From NCBI GenBank assembly GCA_017537025.1, contig JAFWCB010000005.1:586104-650103 (forward strand): a DNA stretch of 64,000 bases, read 5' to 3'. The position numbers were made by a program, and so were the translations under genes. Positions 47,999-57,000 of this stretch are shown piece by piece. Source of the stretch: Sediminibacterium sp. (lineage in GTDB: Bacteria > Bacteroidota > Bacteroidia > Chitinophagales > Chitinophagaceae). The notes beneath the pieces were generated by a model. That model was not told where the DNA came from and searched no databases. It was given only the letters and a program-made list of their open reading frames with translations. The number at the start of each line of letters is the position of its first letter. Position 1 is the first letter of the stretch.

Positions 47999-48526
47999 TT
48001 AGGCTTGCTTTACCATTTGTACTGCCAAGTGCAATTTTACTTCTTCACTTACTACTACGCCGCCCGCTTCGGTTACAGCACTCCAGGTTAAACCAAAATC
48101 GCTACGGTTAATTTTACCGGTGATTTCAAAGCCAGCTTTATTTTGTCCGTAGAAGTCGGTCATATTACCACCGTATTCAACAGTTAACTCAACGGGTTTA
48201 GTAATGCCTTTAATCGTAAGATTACCTTTTAAACTGTATGTATCGGCAGATTTTTTAGTGAAAGAAGTAGAGCTGAATTGCAATTTCGGGAACTCATCAG
48301 CGGCAAAGAAATCGGCACCTTTTAAATGCCCGTCTCTTTGTTCATTATTGGTTGAAATACTGTTTACATCTGCTTCAAAGCTAATTGTGGCATCGCTGAA
48401 ATCGTCTTCATTTGATTCCATGGTTGCATCAAATTGTTGGAAGCTTCCGGTAACATTGGTGATCATTAAGTGCTTCACTTTAAAAGTGATTTCACTGTGC
48501 ATTGGGTCGATTTTGTAAGTTGCCAT
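47999..48526 (-). CDS. YceI-family lipid/polyisoprenoid-binding protein (no signal peptide)
   Basis: IDPMHSEITFKVKHLM, RDGHLK..DFF, LTIKGITK, INRSDFG. Confidence 0.93.
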   Translation of the reverse strand: MATYKIDPMHSEITFKVKHLMITNVTGSFQQFDATMESNEDDFSDATISFEADVNSISTNNEQRDGHLKGADFFAADEFPKLQFSSTSFTKKSADTYSLKGNLTIKGITKPVELTVEYGGNMTDFYGQNKAGFEITGKINRSDFGLTWSAVTEAGGVVVSEEVKLHLAVQMVKQA

Positions 48527-48540
48527 TTTTTAAATTTTAA

Positions 48541-48612
48541 ATTATGAATTAAGATTTATGAATTTCTATTTCCTATAACCTATCTCCTATTACCTTTTCC
48601 CTTTCACCTTTC
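48541..48612. repeat. Degenerate 7-mer tandem arrays between pirin and yceI
   Basis: attatga attaaga tttatga; ttctatt tcctata acctatc tcctatt acctttt ccctttc acctttc. Confidence 0.6.
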
Positions 48613-48614
48613 CT

Positions 48615-49487
48615 CTATTCCTCAATTAACACCCCCATTTTACCCATTTGGTAATCTCGGAACGCCTCCATGATTTCAGTTTGGGTATTCATTACAAAAG
48701 GACCATGAGAAGCAATAGGCTCATTGAGCGGCTCACCCGATCCTACGAGTAATACGGCATCTTCTTCAGTTGTAAAAGAAAACCCTTCCCCATCTTTATT
48801 AAATACGGCCATATGATAAGCATCCAATAAGGTGTTTTCATTGATGTTTATTTTGCCCTTTAACACATACACAAAAGCATTATGAGTAACAGGGATCGGC
48901 AAAAAACAATGCGCGGATTTTCTCGTATTTAAGGTAAAACTGTTCACTTGCGAGAAAGTAGGGATTGGCCCTTTAGTACCAAACAATTCGCCTGTAATTA
49001 CAGCAATACCCGTCAGACCGTCTTCGGTGGAAATTTGCGGAGTATTTTCTCTATTTAGTGGAAAATACTCGGGTTGCTTCATTTTAAAAGCAGCGGGCGT
49101 ATTCACCCATAATTGAATTATTTCTTGTTTGCTACCATGCGCGTGAATATCCTGCGGAGGGCGTTCACTATGAATAATTCCCATACCCGCATTCATCCAT
49201 TGGGTGCCACCGGCGTATACGATATTATCATTACCCCTGCTATCTCTATGATGCACCCCCCCTTCAAAAATGAAAGTTACCGGAGAAAAGCCTCTGTGGG
49301 GATGTGCTCCTACGCCGGCTCTTGAAAGATCGGCATGCTCAGTAATCTTGATGTTGGCATGATGCAATAAGAGAAAAGGATCTAGGTTCTCCAACCCTTG
49401 TGCAGGCAATGACTGACGCACCGGGAAGCCACCCATATCAAATTGTTGGGCAAATGTTATTTGTTGTATGCTCCTATTTGTACTCAT
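48615..49487 (-). CDS. Pirin-family bicupin
   Basis: DPFLLLH, HPHRGF, HRDS, QWMNAGMGIIHSE, QLWVN, GPFVMNT. Confidence 0.95.
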   Translation of the reverse strand: MSTNRSIQQITFAQQFDMGGFPVRQSLPAQGLENLDPFLLLHHANIKITEHADLSRAGVGAHPHRGFSPVTFIFEGGVHHRDSRGNDNIVYAGGTQWMNAGMGIIHSERPPQDIHAHGSKQEIIQLWVNTPAAFKMKQPEYFPLNRENTPQISTEDGLTGIAVITGELFGTKGPIPTFSQVNSFTLNTRKSAHCFLPIPVTHNAFVYVLKGKININENTLLDAYHMAVFNKDGEGFSFTTEEDAVLLVGSGEPLNEPIASHGPFVMNTQTEIMEAFRDYQMGKMGVLIEE

Positions 49488-49497
49488 AAAATATTTT

Positions 49498-49513
49498 TAT
49501 ATGTATATACATG
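49498..49513. promoter_or_regulatory. Putative MarR operator copy 1 (TATATGTATATACATG)
   Basis: Contains palindrome ATGTATATACAT; identical to 49997-50012; 10 nt upstream of the pirin start. Confidence 0.7.
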
Positions 49514-49532
49514 TATTTAATTAAAAAAATAG

Positions 49533-49988
49533 CTACTCACCCGCTCTTAGTTTTTCCAATAAGCCATTCAATGATTTCGCGTCTTTATCGTCCATTAACA
49601 CTTCACTTTCCAAAAGGGCGGTTACCTTACCGGTAGTGGCTTCCAGCACTGCAATACCACTTTGAGTAAGGGTTATCACCGTTTCCCGCTTATCAAATTC
49701 GGAGTCATTCCTTTTTACTAGTTTCTTCAACTCTAGCCGATCGATAATGCGCGGAACGTTGGAATTTTTCTCAATCATACGACAGCCTATATCTTTCACA
49801 CACATTTGTTCAGGATGTTTCCCCTTTAGAATGCGGAGTACATTATACTGTTCATGCGTTAAGCCAAATTCTTTCAATTCCTTACTCATCAAGGTTTTTA
49901 ACCACCAGGCCGTATACAATACATTCAATGTTGCTTTGTGCACTTCGTTCTTAAATTTGGTACTTTGTATGGCTTGCTCCAATTTCAC
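49533..49988 (-). CDS. MarR-family transcriptional regulator
   Basis: LTHEQYNVLRIL, NVPRIIDRLELKKLVKR, DKRETVITLT; start moved to GTG 49988. Confidence 0.92.
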   Translation of the reverse strand: MKLEQAIQSTKFKNEVHKATLNVLYTAWWLKTLMSKELKEFGLTHEQYNVLRILKGKHPEQMCVKDIGCRMIEKNSNVPRIIDRLELKKLVKRNDSEFDKRETVITLTQSGIAVLEATTGKVTALLESEVLMDDKDAKSLNGLLEKLRAGE

Positions 49989-49992
49989 ACTG

Positions 49993-50012
49993 CAAATATA
50001 TGTATATACATG
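49993..50012 (-). promoter_or_regulatory. marR -7 element (TATATTTG, 49993-50000) overlapped by putative MarR operator copy 2 (49997-50012)
   Basis: Exact TAnnTTTG 4 nt before the GTG; 16-mer identical to 49498-49513. Confidence 0.7.
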
Positions 50013-50038
50013 CAATATTTCAAAAAAAATTTTGCTAC

Positions 50039-50120
50039 AGACCGGAGACGGTAGACCGGAGTAAGAATAGAAGTCCGCCCTTACGCGCCATGTCGGGGTA
50101 AGCTCAGCTCAGGGCGACAG
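50039..50120. repeat. 7-mer array (agaccgg agacggt agaccgg) plus degenerate REP-like element
   Basis: GCTCAGGGCGACAG 50107-50120 differs by one base from 36048-36061. Confidence 0.6.
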
Positions 50121-50167
50121 TCGGTAAGCCGGAAGCTTTAGGAATTGAATGTCAAATGACTATTGTA

Positions 50168-50185
50168 GATTGAAGATTGAAGATT
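50168..50185. repeat. GATTGAA tandem 7-mers just downstream of surA
   Basis: GATTGAA GATTGAA GATT; same unit as at 34578-34613. Confidence 0.55.
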
Positions 50186-50186
50186 C

Positions 50187-51596
50187 TTAATTACTTGCTC
50201 TCACTTTAGCCGCATTATCTGCCGCTTTACGCCAGTCCTCTAAACTCGGACAAGCAGCGAATTCTTTGTCGATTAGGATATAATACCCGGGTATATGCTC
50301 TTTAAACCATTTTTCGAGCACTGCATTTTTTTTATCCTCTAAAGCTCTTTGGGCAATCCTATTATAATCGTCTTTTAGATTCTCGCGATGTGGTTCCTTC
50401 TTTGTTTTATAATATACAATACGTACCCCTTTCTTGCCACTGCGCTCATCTGCATAAGGAATAGGATCTGATAAATCTCCCGGTTTTAACTTACTCATTA
50501 AAGCTATTAAATCCTTATCTAACATGTCTAATGTTATAAAAGTAGAATTATCGCGGTTTACAAATGCGCCAGCGCTAAATTTACTTCCTTCATCATCACT
50601 ATATTTAGTAACTGCTTCGGCAAAACTAATTTTCCCTGCTTTAATATCTTTTCTGATCGTATCCAATTTGCTTTTAGCCTCTTTCATCTCATCATCCGTA
50701 ATAGGTGGTATACGCAAGATATGACGCACTATAGCTTCGTCTCCCGATCTACTGATCATCATAATAATGTGCAAGCCAAATTTTGATTTAATTACAGGTG
50801 ATATTTGTCCTTCCTTTAATCTGAAAGAAGCGGCTAAGAACGCCGGATCCCAATTTTTCTCATTTCGGTTAAGGGTATACTGACCTCCATTTTCTTTAAC
50901 TCCCGGATCTTCTGAATAGTTTTTAGCGAGTTGCTCGAATTTTTTGGGGCCTAATGTTTCAGCCTGTTTCTTATAATCGTATAGCTGCTTTGCAACATAT
51001 TCCTCTACGTCTTTATTCGCTTTAGGAAAAATTACAATTTGGCTTACTTCAATTTCGCTTTCGTAATACGGTAAACTATCCGTTGGTGTTTTACTGTAAT
51101 ATGCTTTTACTTCAGTAGGTGTGATTTTAACGCTTTCTTCAATCTTACGCTTCATCTGATCGGCTAAGCTCTGCTCGCGGAAAGCTTCCCGAAAATCATC
51201 TTTCAATTGGTAAACAGTTTTACCGGCTACTTCTTCTAAAATGTCCTTAGATCCATATTGTTGTATGAATTGTCGAATACGATTATCTAAATCATTTTCA
51301 ATTTGATCTTCATTAACAGTGAGTGAATCCTTTTGTGCCTGTAGCAATAAAGCTTTACGAATTAACTGACCTTCCATTACTTGGCACTCCGTAGGAAGCA
51401 CCACATTATCCTGACCCTGGGTTTGCCTTTTCATATCGGCAATCGCATTCAAGATTTCTGAGCGTAAAATAATTTTATCCCCTACCTGTCCAACAATTTT
51501 ATCGGCAATTACTTTCTTGGTTTGTGCATTTGCTTGCGACACAAAACCCATAGCCAGCACTCCCATTGCTACTAATATATTTTTCATACCGGTCAT
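50187..51596 (-). CDS. surA: Periplasmic chaperone / parvulin peptidyl-prolyl isomerase, SurA-like
   Basis: Signal peptide, ADKIVGQVG, two parvulin domains (YSEDPG...FGLHII; YSDDEGS). Confidence 0.85.
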   Translation of the reverse strand: MTGMKNILVAMGVLAMGFVSQANAQTKKVIADKIVGQVGDKIILRSEILNAIADMKRQTQGQDNVVLPTECQVMEGQLIRKALLLQAQKDSLTVNEDQIENDLDNRIRQFIQQYGSKDILEEVAGKTVYQLKDDFREAFREQSLADQMKRKIEESVKITPTEVKAYYSKTPTDSLPYYESEIEVSQIVIFPKANKDVEEYVAKQLYDYKKQAETLGPKKFEQLAKNYSEDPGVKENGGQYTLNRNEKNWDPAFLAASFRLKEGQISPVIKSKFGLHIIMMISRSGDEAIVRHILRIPPITDDEMKEAKSKLDTIRKDIKAGKISFAEAVTKYSDDEGSKFSAGAFVNRDNSTFITLDMLDKDLIALMSKLKPGDLSDPIPYADERSGKKGVRIVYYKTKKEPHRENLKDDYNRIAQRALEDKKNAVLEKWFKEHIPGYYILIDKEFAACPSLEDWRKAADNAAKVRASN

Positions 51597-51603
51597 ATAT
51601 ATT

Positions 51604-51611
51604 CAAATGTA
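51604..51611 (-). promoter_or_regulatory. -7 promoter element (TACATTTG) for surA
   Basis: Exact match 7 nt before ATG 51596. Confidence 0.6.
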
Positions 51612-51619
51612 GGCAAGAA

Positions 51620-51746
51620 GGGGTTAAAGGAAAGCTAAAAAGGGGAAGGCTTTAAGCCATATGGTATAAGCCAGAAGGCGAAAACTTTATACCTTATTGC
51701 TTATACCCTTTACCTTCAACCATATAGCATATACCTTTTACCTTAA
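51620..51746. repeat. Long imperfect inverted array of 7-mers downstream of infB
   Basis: Nine in-register units 51684-51746 (actttat accttat tgcttat acccttt accttca accatat agcatat acctttt accttaa) preceded by a purine-rich complementary tract. Confidence 0.7.
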
Positions 51747-51748
51747 AT

Positions 51749-54721
51749 TTATAAAGTTCTCTTTACTTCCTCTTCTTCAAAAGCCTCAACGATGTCACCC
51801 ACTTTGATATCATTATAATTTTTGATAGTTAATCCGCACTCCATATTAGATGACACTTCTTTAGCGTCGTCTTTATATCGTTTTAAGCTACCTAATTCCG
51901 CGCTTTGTCCTTCTCCTTTCGGATATTCTACGATACCATCGCGAATAATACGGATTTTACTATTCCGAGAGATTTTTCCTTCTAAAACAAAACATCCCGC
52001 TACGGTGGCCTTATCAAATTTATAGACTTCACGCACCTCAACATTTGCTACGATCTTCTCCTGGAATTTAGGCTCTAACATACCCTCCATTGCGCTCTTA
52101 ATTTCATCAATAGCGGTATAGATGATTGAGTATAGTTTTATTTGAACGCCTTCGGTTTCAGCTAGTTTATTCGCTTGCATAGATGGGCGAACATTAAAGC
52201 CGATAATAATCGCATCAGAAGCTGTTGCTAATAGCACGTCACTTTCAGAGATTTGTCCAACCCCTTTATGTACCACACGCACGGCTATTTCTTCGGTAGA
52301 AAGTTTTTGTAATGAGTCGCTCAATGCTTCTACAGATCCATCCACATCCCCTTTGATGATAATATTCAACTCCTTGAAATTGCCTAATGCCAAGCGGCGA
52401 CCAATTTCATCCAGCGTAATATGTTTACGTGCCCGTAGGCCTTGCTCACGTAATATTTGGGCTCGTTTAACTGCTATTTCTTTAGCCTCTGCTTCGTCTT
52501 CAAAAACTTTAAATTTCTCACCTGCTTGTGGCGCACCATTCAATCCCAATATTACTACTGGTGTAGAAGGTGGTGCCTCGTCTATACGCACATTACGCTC
52601 GTTAAACATAGCTTTCACTCGTCCGTAGAATTGTCCGGATACGATTAAATCGCCCTGCCGCAATGTTCCATTTTGTACCAATATTGTAGCTACATACCCT
52701 CTACCTTTATCTAATGAGGCTTCAATAATAGTTCCACTGGCCTCTCTATTAGGGTTGGCTTTCAAGTCTAATATCTCGGCCTCTAATAATACTTTTTCCA
52801 GTAATGTATCTACATGTAATCCTTGCTTGGCAGATAATTCTTGGTTTTGGAATTTACCGCCCCAAGCTTCTACAAGAATATTCATTTGTGATAATTGCTC
52901 ATAAATTTTCTGCGGGTTAGCGCCATCTTTATCGATCTTATTTACGGCAAAAATCATGGGAACACCTGCAGCCTGTGCGTGGCTGATGGCTTCTTTGGTT
53001 TGAGGCATTACTGCATCATCGGCTGCCACCACAATAATAGCGATATCAGTAATTTTCGCACCGCGGGCACGCATGGCGGTAAATGCCTCGTGACCCGGAG
53101 TATCTAAGAAAGTAATGGCTTTACCGGAAGGAAGCGTTACTTCATAAGCGCCGATATGTTGGGTAATACCACCTGCCTCACCCGCTACTACATTGGCACT
53201 GCGGATATAATCGAGTAGGGAGGTTTTACCATGGTCTACGTGACCCATTATAGTAACAATCGGGGGTCTGGGTACTAAAGATTCCTCATCATCTTCCTCA
53301 TCTTCCTCTTCCATTTCTTCGGCATCCTCTAATCCAATAAATTCTACTTCAAAACCATATTCACTAGCAACCAATTCGATAACCTCTGCATCTAGTCGTT
53401 GGTTGATAGATACCATAATACCCAAGTTCATACACTTGCCAATGACATCGGCAAAGCTTACATCCATAAGGTTTGCCAATTCACTAACAGTTACAAATTC
53501 GGTTACCTGTAGTTTATTGTCTTCTGTTGTTTCTTCACCCATGGCCTCTGCAGCTTCGTCGCGCTTAGCCCTTCTATATTTAGCTTTGAGGCTTTTCCCT
53601 CTACCACCGGCACCGGCTAGTTTTGCCTGTGTTTCCTTAATTTTTTCCTGAATAGCTTTTTGATCGATCTCTTTTTCTTCCGGACGTTGTTGATTACGAT
53701 CATTTCTATTACCACCTCTATTTCCACCTCCACGGTTATCTCTATTGAAACCACCGCCACCGCCGCGGTTATTGTCTCTATTAAATCCACCACCACCTTG
53801 TTGATTATTACCGCGGGCTGGTGTGATGGGTCGGTTTGGTCCGGTTAGCGGCCTTCCCTGTGCATCTTTAGGCACATCATTAGGATCCACTTTTTTATCA
53901 ACCGGAATACGTTTACGCTTTCGTTTTTCGTCGCGCGCTATAGGTTTAGGACGTGTATCACTATTAACCGGTAATTCTATTTTCCCTAAAATCTTTGGCC
54001 CCTCTAATTTTTCTGCTCTGATATTTTCAATAGCCGGCGGTGAGTCTTCTACAGCGGGTGCTGCAGGAGCTGCTGTTTCAACAACAGGTGATGGTTTTTC
54101 TACCGGTATTGTTTTGGAAGCAGATTCATTAGCAGGTGCAGGCTTCGGAGCAATTGGTGGCTCTTGTTTTTTTACCGGCTTTTTAGGTCGGGTAGAAGAG
54201 TCGATCGCAGATAAATCAATTTTATTAATGACTTTAGGGCCTTCTATTTCCGGTGTCTCAATTTTTACTTTTTCAGTTTCTACAACCGGAGTCGTTTTTT
54301 CTTCAATGGCTGGAGCCGAGATTGCAATTGGCTCAGGGGTTTGCTCTATAACCGGCGCCACTTCGGGTATCTCCACTTCAACCGGCTTCGCCTCAGGTAC
54401 TTCAATAGATTTTGCCTCTTCTTTGGGAGCAACTACTTTTTTCTCTTCTTTCCGGAAGCTTATCTCTTCCTCATCTTTTTTCTTTTTGGCTTCTCCCGAA
54501 CTTCCTTTAGGTATTTCAACTAAATCGGCTTTGTTCTTGGCTACTTTATCGCCCTGGAACTCGGCCATTAAAGCACGGTATTGGTCTTCCGATAGCTTGG
54601 CAGTAGGCTTCAGATCATCTTTAGGAAATCCTTTCTTAACCAGGAACTCGATCAGGGTATCCTGACCAATGTTGAATTCCTTGGCAGCTGCTAACAGTCT
54701 GGGTAATTTCAGTTCTGACAT
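51749..54721 (-). CDS. infB: Translation initiation factor IF-2
   Basis: [28 protein letters not shown]; long low-complexity N-terminus. Confidence 0.99.
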   Translation of the reverse strand: MSELKLPRLLAAAKEFNIGQDTLIEFLVKKGFPKDDLKPTAKLSEDQYRALMAEFQGDKVAKNKADLVEIPKGSSGEAKKKKDEEEISFRKEEKKVVAPKEEAKSIEVPEAKPVEVEIPEVAPVIEQTPEPIAISAPAIEEKTTPVVETEKVKIETPEIEGPKVINKIDLSAIDSSTRPKKPVKKQEPPIAPKPAPANESASKTIPVEKPSPVVETAAPAAPAVEDSPPAIENIRAEKLEGPKILGKIELPVNSDTRPKPIARDEKRKRKRIPVDKKVDPNDVPKDAQGRPLTGPNRPITPARGNNQQGGGGFNRDNNRGGGGGFNRDNRGGGNRGGNRNDRNQQRPEEKEIDQKAIQEKIKETQAKLAGAGGRGKSLKAKYRRAKRDEAAEAMGEETTEDNKLQVTEFVTVSELANLMDVSFADVIGKCMNLGIMVSINQRLDAEVIELVASEYGFEVEFIGLEDAEEMEEEDEEDDEESLVPRPPIVTIMGHVDHGKTSLLDYIRSANVVAGEAGGITQHIGAYEVTLPSGKAITFLDTPGHEAFTAMRARGAKITDIAIIVVAADDAVMPQTKEAISHAQAAGVPMIFAVNKIDKDGANPQKIYEQLSQMNILVEAWGGKFQNQELSAKQGLHVDTLLEKVLLEAEILDLKANPNREASGTIIEASLDKGRGYVATILVQNGTLRQGDLIVSGQFYGRVKAMFNERNVRIDEAPPSTPVVILGLNGAPQAGEKFKVFEDEAEAKEIAVKRAQILREQGLRARKHITLDEIGRRLALGNFKELNIIIKGDVDGSVEALSDSLQKLSTEEIAVRVVHKGVGQISESDVLLATASDAIIIGFNVRPSMQANKLAETEGVQIKLYSIIYTAIDEIKSAMEGMLEPKFQEKIVANVEVREVYKFDKATVAGCFVLEGKISRNSKIRIIRDGIVEYPKGEGQSAELGSLKRYKDDAKEVSSNMECGLTIKNYNDIKVGDIVEAFEEEEVKRTL

Positions 54722-54830
54722 TCGTTGTTTTTAATTCCTGATCTTTTTTACAACTACGACCGCGATCAATGGCACATAGAGGCTGCAAGCAAGCATATCG
54801 GCACGAGGCAAATATACTGTTTATCGGTTG

Positions 54831-56081
54831 CTATTCTTCGCGATCAAATTCTTCTTGTAATATCTTTCTTACTTCATCAATTGTTTCTCTTTCCAAATCG
54901 GTTCTGCGTTCTAACTCATCGGCTGTTAATTTCAATACACTTCTTCCGGTATCACAACCAATCTTCTTGAATTCATCAATGATCCATGTTTCAATTTCAT
55001 CACTAAATTCATCTAAGTCAATATCAAATTCATCGCTAATTTCTTCATCTTCTCGATAAACATCTATCTCATAGCCGGTAAGTTCGCAAGCTAATTTGAT
55101 ATTTACACCACGTCGGCCAATGGCTAAAGAAACCTGATCGGCTTTGAGGTAAACATTGGCTTGTTTTTTCTCATTATCTAACTCCATATAGCTGATCTTA
55201 GCCGGTGTTAAAGAACGCTGAATCAACAACTGCGTGTTAGTGGTAAAATTGATCACGTCAATATTCTCATTTTTCAGCTCCCTTACTATACCATGAATAC
55301 GACTTCCTTTCATACCCACACAAGCACCTACCGGATCGATCCTGTCGTCGTAACTTTCAACAGCTACTTTTGCACGATCTCCCGGATCGCGTACGATTTT
55401 CTTGATTGCGATCAATCCATCAAAAATTTCGGGCACTTCTATTTCCAGTAATTTAGCTAGAAACATAGGACTGGTGCGTGATAGAATGATAACCGGTGTA
55501 TTGTTTTTCATGTCTACACGGGCTACTACCGAACGAATATTTTCACCTTTTTTAAAATAGTCTTGAGGTATTTGTTCTGATTTAGGTAGAATTAATTCAT
55601 TGCCTTCCTCATCTAGTAATAGCACTTCTTTTTTCCAAACCTGATATACTTCCGCACTGATGATATCGCCGATGCGATCGCCATATTTTTTAACCAGTAC
55701 ATTTTTTTTCAAATCGCTGATACGACTGGCCAGTGTTTGTTTGGCGGCCAAAATAGCGCGACGTCCAAAATCTAAAATATCTACTTCTTCATATAATTCT
55801 TCCCCCACTTCAAAATCAGGCTCAATTTTAGCGGCTTCTGTGTAGGCAATTTCAGCTAATGGGTCCATGACCTCTCCATCTTCTACAATCATGCGTCTAC
55901 GAATAATTTCCAAATCTCCTTTCTCGGCGTTTACGATAACATCAAAATTATCATCAGCCCCAAACTTCTTTCTGAGTAAGGTTTTGAACACATCTTCTAC
56001 TACTTTCATCATCGTAGGACGATCGATATTCTCGGCATCTTTAAACTCCTGAAAGGCTTCAATAAGATTTATACTAGCCAT
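54831..56081 (-). CDS. nusA: Transcription termination/antitermination factor NusA
   Basis: S1 plus KH domains, GDRAKVAV, DPVGACVGMKGSRI, AIGRRGVN. Confidence 0.98.
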   Translation of the reverse strand: MASINLIEAFQEFKDAENIDRPTMMKVVEDVFKTLLRKKFGADDNFDVIVNAEKGDLEIIRRRMIVEDGEVMDPLAEIAYTEAAKIEPDFEVGEELYEEVDILDFGRRAILAAKQTLASRISDLKKNVLVKKYGDRIGDIISAEVYQVWKKEVLLLDEEGNELILPKSEQIPQDYFKKGENIRSVVARVDMKNNTPVIILSRTSPMFLAKLLEIEVPEIFDGLIAIKKIVRDPGDRAKVAVESYDDRIDPVGACVGMKGSRIHGIVRELKNENIDVINFTTNTQLLIQRSLTPAKISYMELDNEKKQANVYLKADQVSLAIGRRGVNIKLACELTGYEIDVYREDEEISDEFDIDLDEFSDEIETWIIDEFKKIGCDTGRSVLKLTADELERRTDLERETIDEVRKILQEEFDREE

Positions 56082-56102
56082 AAAACTGTTTTTAATTAGT
56101 CA

Positions 56103-56573
56103 CTAAAATTTAATTTGAACGGTTGCAGATTTTATATTGTTAAATGGGATAACCAATTTTTCGGTAATGGCTTTCTTACCTTTACCAGTAGTATGCGACA
56201 ATACAATATCGGCTTCGGCAACTGCTTCTAATATCCCCTCTTTTACCGTATCGTCTGTAAATGTGATCTGAAGTGTGCGGCCTATATTTTTTTTGTATTG
56301 ACGAATAAATTTCAATGGTTCCTCTACGCCGGGAGAAGATACCTCTAATGAGAAATCACCCTCGGGATATAGTCCCGATTCTTCAATCAGTTTATAGAGT
56401 TTTCTATTGAACTGAACACATTTGGCAATAGGTAAGCCATCATCCCCATCGAGAAATACCTTGATATTATTGGTGGGCTTGATACGTATATTGACGCAGA
56501 AATAAGCCGGTTCCTCTAATAAAAGCTCCTCCAACAGAGAGGTTATTTTGTTAATATGTAGATCTGTTGCCAT
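56103..56573 (-). CDS. rimP: Ribosome maturation factor RimP
   Basis: IKVFLDGD, CVQFNR, LEVSSPGVEEPL; first gene of rimP-nusA-infB; start moved to 56573. Confidence 0.93.
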   Translation of the reverse strand: MATDLHINKITSLLEELLLEEPAYFCVNIRIKPTNNIKVFLDGDDGLPIAKCVQFNRKLYKLIEESGLYPEGDFSLEVSSPGVEEPLKFIRQYKKNIGRTLQITFTDDTVKEGILEAVAEADIVLSHTTGKGKKAITEKLVIPFNNIKSATVQIKF

Positions 56574-56576
56574 ACT

Positions 56577-56610
56577 AAAAAAGGAGAAGGGAACGATTGT
56601 CGTTCCCTTC
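56577..56610 (-). terminator. Terminator-like attenuator in the rimP-nusA-infB leader
   Basis: Perfect 11-bp stem GAAGGGAACGA-CAA-TCGTTCCCTTC then TCCTTTTTT, ending 3 nt before the ATG. Confidence 0.75.
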
Positions 56611-56631
56611 CGCTGATTCATTGATATAGTG

Positions 56632-56663
56632 CAAATGTAGGAAATTAGCCGTTATAAGCCAAA
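56632..56663 (-). promoter_or_regulatory. Canonical -33/-7 promoter (TTTG-N20-TACATTTG) of the rimP-nusA-infB operon
   Basis: Reverse complements of caaa 56660-56663 and caaatgta 56632-56639. Confidence 0.7.
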
Positions 56664-56736
56664 TTTTTACCGTTTCTCCCTATTCCAATGGTTTTAACAG
56701 ATGGTTCCCAGGCAATTATGGTAGCTTTACAGTCTT

Positions 56737-56988
56737 ATGTTTAAAATATTATTTTGGTGCCTTTTTATTTATTTTTTGTACCGCTTCATTTTTGATTTAG
56801 TGGTTCCTGTAAGTAGAACGGCTACTCAGTTCAAAAGAAAAGTGGCTGAGATGCAGCAACAGCAACAGCAGGCGTTTCAAGAACAACAACAGCGTTATCA
56901 GGCAAGTACAGCACAACCGCAGCAAGCTAGAACGGGTTCGTCTTCGAAGTCAAAAGATGACTATATTGAGTTTGAAGAACTCAAATAG
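56737..56988 (+). CDS. Small membrane-anchored protein (DUF4834-like) with Gln-rich linker
   Basis: N-terminal TM, poly-Q tract, C-terminal DYIEFEELK. Confidence 0.7.
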   Translation: MFKILFWCLFIYFLYRFIFDLVVPVSRTATQFKRKVAEMQQQQQQAFQEQQQRYQASTAQPQQARTGSSSKSKDDYIEFEELK

Positions 56989-57000
56989 TTCTCTTGCTAT

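Noticed and set aside
53823-54665. 280-aa + strand ORF, and similar long ORFs at 883-1305, 4205-4783, 20438-20938, 23346-23747, 45409-45921
   Set aside because: Antisense shadows of well-supported genes (infB, mscS, ftsH, transketolase, RND permease, purF) with no recognisable motifs
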